DNA of 21,346 nucleotides from Candidatus Rokuibacteriota bacterium (GTDB lineage Bacteria; Methylomirabilota; Methylomirabilia; Rokubacteriales; CSP1-6): NCBI GenBank assembly GCA_016184305.1, contig JACPCX010000088.1:1-21346 (forward strand). Direction: 5' to 3'. The notes beneath the pieces are model-generated. The model had not been told where the DNA came from. It saw only the letters and a list, made by a program, of their open reading frames with translations, and did not search any database. The first letter of the stretch is position 1; the number at the start of each line of letters is the position of its first letter. A program made the translations under genes and the position numbers. This document shows positions 16,423-21,346 of the stretch, one piece after another.

Positions 16423-16670
16423 GTGCCGGGCCAAATGACGAGCCAGACGAGGCCCCGCGGTGCGAGCCGCAGCCGCAGGCGAGGCGAGCGGAGACGGACA
16501 CCCGGGCGAGCGGAGCGAGCCCGCGCCGGCGCGAGGCGTACGTGGGTGTACGTTGAGCGCCCGCGCCGACCGAGAACGTCGCGGGGCGAGCCGCAGCCGG
16601 AGGCGAGGCGAGCAGACACGGGGATCGGGCGAGCGTGAGCGAGCCATGGCGAAGTCAGTTGGCCCGGCAC
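16423..16670. mobile_element. Non-autonomous palindromic/MITE-like composite element
   Basis: Terminal inverted repeats match at 16/17 positions (gtgccgggccaaatgac 16423-16439; gtcagttggcccggcac 16654-16670). Central cgtac-gtgggt-gtacg hairpin, two internal 60-bp direct repeats, no credible coding frame. Confidence 0.7.
16462..16645 (+). repeat. Two imperfect 60-bp direct repeats (16462-16521 and 16586-16645)
   Basis: gcgagccgcagccg[c/g]aggcgaggcgagc[g/a]ga[g/c]acgg...cgggcgagcg[-/t]gagcgagcc. Each copy begins and ends with GCGAGCC. Confidence 0.9.
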
Positions 16671-17553
16671 TCAGGCGCCCTCGAGGCGGCGGAGGTAACG
16701 GAGCTGGATCCAGACGACGGCGAACAGCACCGGGAACATGAACAGCGACACCGCCGCCCCCTCGCCGAGGAGGCCGGTGGCCACGCCGAGCTGGTAGGCG
16801 TAGGTGGCCAGCAGGTGGGTCGAGTTGGCCGGCCCGCCGCCCGTCAGCACGTAGATGAGCTGGAAGTCGGCGGTTCGCGCCGTCGAGGGAGGCCGCCTCG
16901 TGGAGATCGGGGTTGATGGTCTGCAGGCCGGCCAGCAGCGTGATGGCGAAGAAGGGCATGCCGCGCCACGTATTGATCACGATGGCGCACCACATGGCCC
17001 AGGCCCCGTCCGAGAGGAACGGGAGCTTGGTCACGATGAAGCCGCCCTTGAACAGCATCCAGTTGAGCACGCTGAAGGTCGGGTCGAACATCCAGCGCCA
17101 CGCGAAGGTGGACAGCACCGTGGGGACGATGAACGGCAGGAGCATGGCGGCCCGGACGATGCGCTGGCCGCGGAAGTGCCGGTTCAGCAGCAGCGCCAGC
17201 CACATCCCCAGAACCAGCTTGAAGATGGTGGCCCAGAACGTGTAGAAGAACGTGTTGCGGAAGGCCATCTGGAAGATGGAGTCATCCCAGGCCTTGACGA
17301 AGTTCTTGAAGCCGACGAACTCGCCGGGATTGCCGACGCTGGTGCTGCTGAGCGACAGCCACACCCCCATCACGAACGGGTAGGCGATGAAGACGCCGAG
17401 GAGGAGGACCGTCGGCGCCAGGAGGATGGTGGCGAGGAGCCGCTCGTTCTCGAGGAAGCGCTCGACCCGCGCGGGACGGGAGGTGCCGGGATGGGGGCGC
17501 GCCGCCTCGACTCCGGCGGCGCCCCCCGAGCCTCCCGCGATCGGCCGCGTCAC
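16671..17553 (-). pseudogene. CUT1 ABC permease (MalF-like) with an internal segment missing and a frameshift at about 16872
   Basis: YPFVMGVWLS, FVGFKNF, LQTINPDLHEAASLDGAN; the frame then switches to ADFQLIYVLTGGGPANSTHLLATYAY...GAAVSLFMFP...RRLEGA-TGA (16671). About 28 residues present in the paralogue at 9888-10826 are absent. Confidence 0.85.
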
Positions 17554-17578
17554 GTGATGCTCGGCGCCCCCTGTCGGG

Positions 17579-18946
17579 CTACGCCTCGTAGATCTTCTTG
17601 AGCTCGCCCTCGGCCCACTTCACGGCCTCCTCGGGCTTCATCTTCCCGGAGGCGGCATTGGCGTACATGTCCACGATGATGTACTTGGAGTAGACCTCGG
17701 TCGACTTGGCCGTGGAGGGCCCAGCGTAGCCGAAGATGCGGGTCTTGCGCGCGGCCGTCCGGAACATCTGGAGCGGCTTGTCGATCTTGCCCCACATGGC
17801 GTGCTTCTCCCACTCGGTCGTGGGCGCCACGCTGTAGCCCTCGGAGACCTGGAACCACTTCTCGAAGTTCTCCTTCTTGTGGATCCAGCGCAGGAGGTCC
17901 TTGGAGAGCTTCTGGTTCTTCGAGTACTTCATGATGCCGTGGCCGTTGCTGAAGTAGAGCGGGAACTGCCCCACCCCGCCGGCCAGCGGGAAGAGGCCGT
18001 GGTCGATGTCGAGGTAGAGCGGCTCGCCCTTCTCGTCCTTGAGCTTGTCCTTCTGCCGCTTGGCCACGATGTAGATGGAGGCGCCGTTGAGGCTGGCGGA
18101 GATGTCGCCGGCGTGGAAGGCCCGGTTGTTGTTGGAGTCGTCCCAGGCCAGCCCCCCCTCGTCGCAGCCTTCCTTCCACAGCGCCGTCATGTACTTGACG
18201 GAGTCGATGGCCCCCTTGGAGTTGATGGCCACCTTCTTGCCGCTCTTGTCTGTCTCGGCCCCGCCGAAGGACCACAGGAGCGGGTAGGCCCAGGTGGGCG
18301 CATCCCCGAAGGTGTGGCCCAGCGTCTGGCCATAGGGCTTGCCCTTCTTCTTGAGCGCCGCCGTCGCCTTGCGCAGCTCGTCCCAGGTCTTGGGGAACTC
18401 GCTGAACCCGACCTCCTTGAACCAGGACTTCCTGTAGGCGATGGTGTTGCCCACGATGGAGTGGGGCATGCCCAGCCACTTGCCGCCCACCTTCATGGAC
18501 GGCTCGAACACACCGTAGAAGCCGCCCTGGGCCTTGGCCACCTCGTTCGCCACGTCGCTGACGTCGATCAGGGAGTTGGCGTAGAGGTGCGGCCAGTTGT
18601 AGTAGAGCATGAAGATGTCGGCCCCCGCCCCCGACTGCACGGCGGCCGTGATCCGGGGCTGGAGGTCGTTGAAGCCGATCGTCTCGAGCGTCACCTCGGC
18701 GCCGAGGGCCTTGGAGGCCTCGGGCATGCCCTCCTTCTTGAGCCACACGTCGGCCTCGGGGATGAAGTCGTTCCACCGGACGATGTGCAGCTTGCTGCCC
18801 TGGGCGAAGGCGGGGGCCCGCCGCGCCGCCAGGATCCCCTCGATCCCGGTTGCGGCGGCTGCCGCCACCCCGGCGGTCTTGAGGAAGGTCCGGCGGGCGA
18901 CCCGGGTCTGGCTCAGGGGGGTGTCTTCTGGTTTGGATGTGTTCAT
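17579..18946 (-). CDS. CUT1 ABC transporter substrate-binding protein with Tat signal
   Basis: ARRTFLK Tat motif, RRAPAFA|Q, IAYRKSWF, FPKTWDEL, WDDSNNNRAF; AAGGAGG RBS. Confidence 0.93.
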   Translation of the reverse strand: MNTSKPEDTPLSQTRVARRTFLKTAGVAAAAATGIEGILAARRAPAFAQGSKLHIVRWNDFIPEADVWLKKEGMPEASKALGAEVTLETIGFNDLQPRITAAVQSGAGADIFMLYYNWPHLYANSLIDVSDVANEVAKAQGGFYGVFEPSMKVGGKWLGMPHSIVGNTIAYRKSWFKEVGFSEFPKTWDELRKATAALKKKGKPYGQTLGHTFGDAPTWAYPLLWSFGGAETDKSGKKVAINSKGAIDSVKYMTALWKEGCDEGGLAWDDSNNNRAFHAGDISASLNGASIYIVAKRQKDKLKDEKGEPLYLDIDHGLFPLAGGVGQFPLYFSNGHGIMKYSKNQKLSKDLLRWIHKKENFEKWFQVSEGYSVAPTTEWEKHAMWGKIDKPLQMFRTAARKTRIFGYAGPSTAKSTEVYSKYIIVDMYANAASGKMKPEEAVKWAEGELKKIYEA

Positions 18947-19118
18947 CGGGCTGGTCCTCCTTGGCTGAGTGAACTGCCGTGGGTTGACGGGCGTTCCCCC
19001 CGGCCTCGGCTGGCCGGACCGGGCCTCTCGGAGGGGTTAGCCCGACCGCGAGGGTGGCGCCTCGTGAAGGCCGTCACAGAGTCTGGGGATGATGAAGATG
19101 CCTGCGTATGCGTGGCGC

Positions 19119-19149
19119 ATTCTCTAACAAAGATCCTAGTGCGTGTCAA
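19119..19149 (-). promoter_or_regulatory. Candidate sigma70 promoter for the second CUT1 operon
   Basis: Minus strand TTGACA (19144-19149), then a 17-nt spacer ending in TGt and TAGAGA (19121-19126), or GAGAAT at 19-nt spacing. Lies in a locally AT-rich patch. Confidence 0.5.
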
Positions 19150-19192
19150 CGACAAACGCGGCTGCGGCGAACCTTCCCCTTTCGGGCCCGGC

Positions 19193-20452
19193 TCAGGCGG
19201 CTCCGGCGGGCACCCGCGCCGGGGGCCGCAGCGTCGCCCCCAGCACCACCGCCATGGTCCCGATGGCGAAGGATCCGAGGAAGAGCCACCGGTAAGAGCC
19301 CAGCGCGTCGTAGATGGCGCCGCCCGCATAGGAGCCCAGCCCCATCCCCACGCAGGAGATGAAGAACACCGCCCCGTAGGCCGTGCCCATGACGCGCTCG
19401 CCGAAGTACTCCCGCGTGACCAGGGCGTAGAGCGGCATGGCGCCGCCATAGGCCACGCCGAAGACGAGCGCGAGCCCGTACATGGCGCCGAGATCGGTGG
19501 TGAACAGGAACGACGAGATCATGACGGCCTGGAGCGCCAGCGCGGCGAGGAGCGTCGGCTTGGCGCCGACCCGGTCCGCCACCATGCCCAGGCCGATCCG
19601 GCCGAAGATGGAGGAGAACCCGGAGGCGCCGAGGATGCCGGCGGCCGCCATCTTCGAGATCCCCAGGTCGATGGCGTGGGAGACGATGTGGAAGAGCGGG
19701 CCGGAGTGCGCGGTGCAGCAGGCGAAGTGGGTGAGGGCGATGGCCCAGAAAGGCCAGGAGCGCCAGAGGCCCAGCGCGGCCATGCCAGGCGTGGCCGCGA
19801 GGTTTCGGGCCCCGGCATCTACCATCTGCGGGGGCCAAGACATGGCCCCCGCACTCCCCCAATTGCTGTCATCGGTGGCGGGCGCGGGGGGATTGCGCAG
19901 GAGCAGGGCGGCGGGAATCACGATAAGCCAGGCCATGTCGCCCAGAACGACGAACGCGGTCCGCCACTCGTACTCGTTGATGAGCCAGCGCGACAGCGGC
20001 GACAGCGCGAGGATGCCCAGGCCGTTGCCCGCCGAGACCACGGCCGCCGCCATCCCCCGGCTCCCGCCGAACCACTTCACCGCGCTGACAGTGAGCGGCA
20101 CATAGAAAGCGCTCACCCCGCCGCCCACCATGAGGCCGAAGGTCACGTAGAAGTGCCAGAGGGCCGTGACCTGGCTCGAGAGCACGAGCCCGAGGCCCAG
20201 GAGCACGCTGCCGACCAGAACGACGATCCGCGTGCCGAAGCGGTCGGAGACGTAGCCCGCCACGAACCCGCCGGCCCCCATCACGATCCAGTTGAAGAAG
20301 CCGATGGCGCTGAGGCTCGCCCGGCTCCAGCCGAGGCTCTGCTCCATCGGCTGGAGGAACACGGCCAGCGTGAAGAGCGTGCCGATGGACATGGTGATGA
20401 TGAGAAACGCGGCGCCGAGGATCACCCAGCGGTAGGGCGGGGGGCTCGTCAT
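19193..20452 (-). CDS. MFS transporter (OFA/MCT-like)
   Basis: 12-TM pattern, motif A GYVSDRFGTR and GMVADRVGAK, KWFGGSRGMA, REYFGERVMGTAYG. The ATG overlaps the upstream stop (ATGA). Confidence 0.92.
   Translation of the reverse strand: MTSPPPYRWVILGAAFLIITMSIGTLFTLAVFLQPMEQSLGWSRASLSAIGFFNWIVMGAGGFVAGYVSDRFGTRIVVLVGSVLLGLGLVLSSQVTALWHFYVTFGLMVGGGVSAFYVPLTVSAVKWFGGSRGMAAAVVSAGNGLGILALSPLSRWLINEYEWRTAFVVLGDMAWLIVIPAALLLRNPPAPATDDSNWGSAGAMSWPPQMVDAGARNLAATPGMAALGLWRSWPFWAIALTHFACCTAHSGPLFHIVSHAIDLGISKMAAAGILGASGFSSIFGRIGLGMVADRVGAKPTLLAALALQAVMISSFLFTTDLGAMYGLALVFGVAYGGAMPLYALVTREYFGERVMGTAYGAVFFISCVGMGLGSYAGGAIYDALGSYRWLFLGSFAIGTMAVVLGATLRPPARVPAGAA
19827..19853. repeat. Perfect 11-bp inverted repeat within the MFS central loop
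   Basis: tgcgggggcca (19827-19837) - agaca - tggcccccgca (19843-19853). Confidence 0.75.
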
Positions 20453-21345
20453 GGGACGTCCATTCTCCCTTCACGCACGGGAAGGAGCAAGCAGAGGGCC
20501 CCGGCCATGGCGAGGCCGAGGACCGTCCATGGCACTGCGAAGCCCCCCGCCCGTTCCACGAGCAGCCCGAACAGCGGCGGCCACACGGAGACGCCGAGCG
20601 AGGAGACGGCCAGCCCGAGGCCCAAGGCGGTGCCGGCCGCGCGGGGACCGGCGAGCTCGGCGATGAGCGTGTGCTGCACGCCGTTCCAGCCGATGCCGAA
20701 AAAGCCGAAGCAGAGGGCCAGTGGCGCCAGCACCCACGCGCTGGTGCCGGGCCCGGTGGCGGCCATGAGGAGCGAGCAGACGGTGGAGCCGACGCCCGCG
20801 ATGACGAGCACGATGCGGCGGCGGCCGCCGAAGAGCCGGTCGGAGAGGAGGCCGAAGGCCACGCGCCCGATCATCCCCGTCACCTGCGCCATGACGAGGT
20901 AGCCCGCCGCGGTCACGAGCGGCACGCGGACGGTCTCCTGAAGATAGAGCACGAGGAAGGCCATCCACACGGTCACGAGGAAGGCCATCCACACGGTTTG
21001 CATGCCCGCGAAAACGAGAGTGGTGGTGGACACGAGCCACAGGTCGCGGTTCCACAGGACGGCGCGCATCGAGCCCTGCTGCTGCGCGGGCGTCTCGAGC
21101 TCGCTCCGCGGCGGATCCCGGTAGCAGAGCCACGTGAGCCCCGCCAAGAGCCCGATCAGCCCAGCGGACAGCGCCACGGCAACCCGCCAGCCCAGCCCGA
21201 GCGCCAGCGGCGGCATCAGGAGGGCGCCCACCGCGCCCCCGAGGGGTAGCCCCACCTGCTTGAGCCCCACCACGGTGGCGCGCTGGCGGCGCGGGAACCA
21301 CGAGATGACGGCCTTCGCGGTGGTCGGGTTGAGCATGCCGTAGCC
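20449..21345 (-). CDS. MFS transporter, 5' end outside the window
   Basis: The frame is open to the window edge (GYGMLNPTTAKAVISWFPRRQRATVVGLKQ). Contains LGWR, GRVAFGLLSDRLFGGRR and PPLFGLLVE. Confidence 0.9.
   Translation of the reverse strand, partial: GYGMLNPTTAKAVISWFPRRQRATVVGLKQVGLPLGGAVGALLMPPLALGLGWRVAVALSAGLIGLLAGLTWLCYRDPPRSELETPAQQQGSMRAVLWNRDLWLVSTTTLVFAGMQTVWMAFLVTVWMAFLVLYLQETVRVPLVTAAGYLVMAQVTGMIGRVAFGLLSDRLFGGRRRIVLVIAGVGSTVCSLLMAATGPGTSAWVLAPLALCFGFFGIGWNGVQHTLIAELAGPRAAGTALGLGLAVSSLGVSVWPPLFGLLVERAGGFAVPWTVLGLAMAGALCLLLPVREGRMDVP
20950..20997. repeat. Exact 24-bp tandem duplication (in frame, TVWMAFLV x2)
   Basis: cacgaggaaggccatccacacggt at 20950-20973 and 20974-20997. 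Confidence 0.95.
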
Positions 21346-21346
21346 G

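Noticed and set aside
16462..16645. Repeat-spacer-repeat pattern resembling a mini CRISPR array
   Set aside because: Only two imperfect 60-bp copies with a 64-bp self-complementary spacer, enclosed by terminal inverted repeats. No cas genes or AT-rich leader.
16075..16670. Arg/Pro-rich extensions of the 492-aa and 306-aa ORFs and small ORFs within the repeat element
   Set aside because: These are read-through products of the frameshifts and translations of non-coding repeat DNA, not protein-like sequence.
7071..16880. Programmed ribosomal frameshifting or phase variation as the cause of the four split genes
   Set aside because: No slippery heptamers or long simple repeats at the junctions, and conserved residues are physically missing in at least three of the four, so recoding would not restore the proteins.
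17801..20902. 1033-aa plus-strand ORF
   Set aside because: Antisense shadow of the binding protein and MFS genes, with no recognisable motifs. Long stop-free antisense frames are expected when third codon positions are almost all G/C.
1..21346. tRNA, rRNA, known riboswitch, transposase, integrase or defence genes
   Set aside because: None recognisable. Nearly all of the sequence is accounted for by transporter CDSs, and the intergenic gaps show no cloverleaf or known aptamer motif.

Overview
Very GC-rich bacterial window made up almost entirely of solute transport genes on the minus strand. The gene style and transporter density suggest Rokubacteria/Methylomirabilota, but that is inference only. 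From right to left: two MFS permeases; a carbohydrate-type (CUT1) ABC operon with a Tat-exported binding protein, two permeases and no ATPase; a TRAP dctPQM system behind a near-consensus sigma70 promoter; a complete CUT1 ABC operon followed 5 nt later by a LivJ/K-like binding protein; an Asp-box (BNR) beta-propeller gene on the plus strand; livH-livM-livG-livF-like genes with a monoheme cytochrome c; a TPR + outer-membrane beta-barrel protein; and the 3' end of an unknown gene. No CRISPR array, RNA gene, transposase or defence gene is visible. The unusual signals are small-scale. (1) A 248-bp composite palindromic/MITE-like element with terminal inverted repeats and two nested 60-bp direct repeats sits between two permease genes. 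(2) A perfect palindrome lies in frame inside an enlarged MFS loop. (3) livH probably starts at CTG. (4) The LivF-like ATPase has a degenerate catalytic site, in an operon that ends with cytochrome c. (5) There are four frame-breaking lesions that look like multi-base deletions, plus one exact 24-bp tandem duplication; these may be assembly artefacts rather than biology. I cannot support a claim of a clearly new multi-gene system. The best candidates are the repeat elements and the liv/cytochrome c/TPR-barrel neighbourhood.
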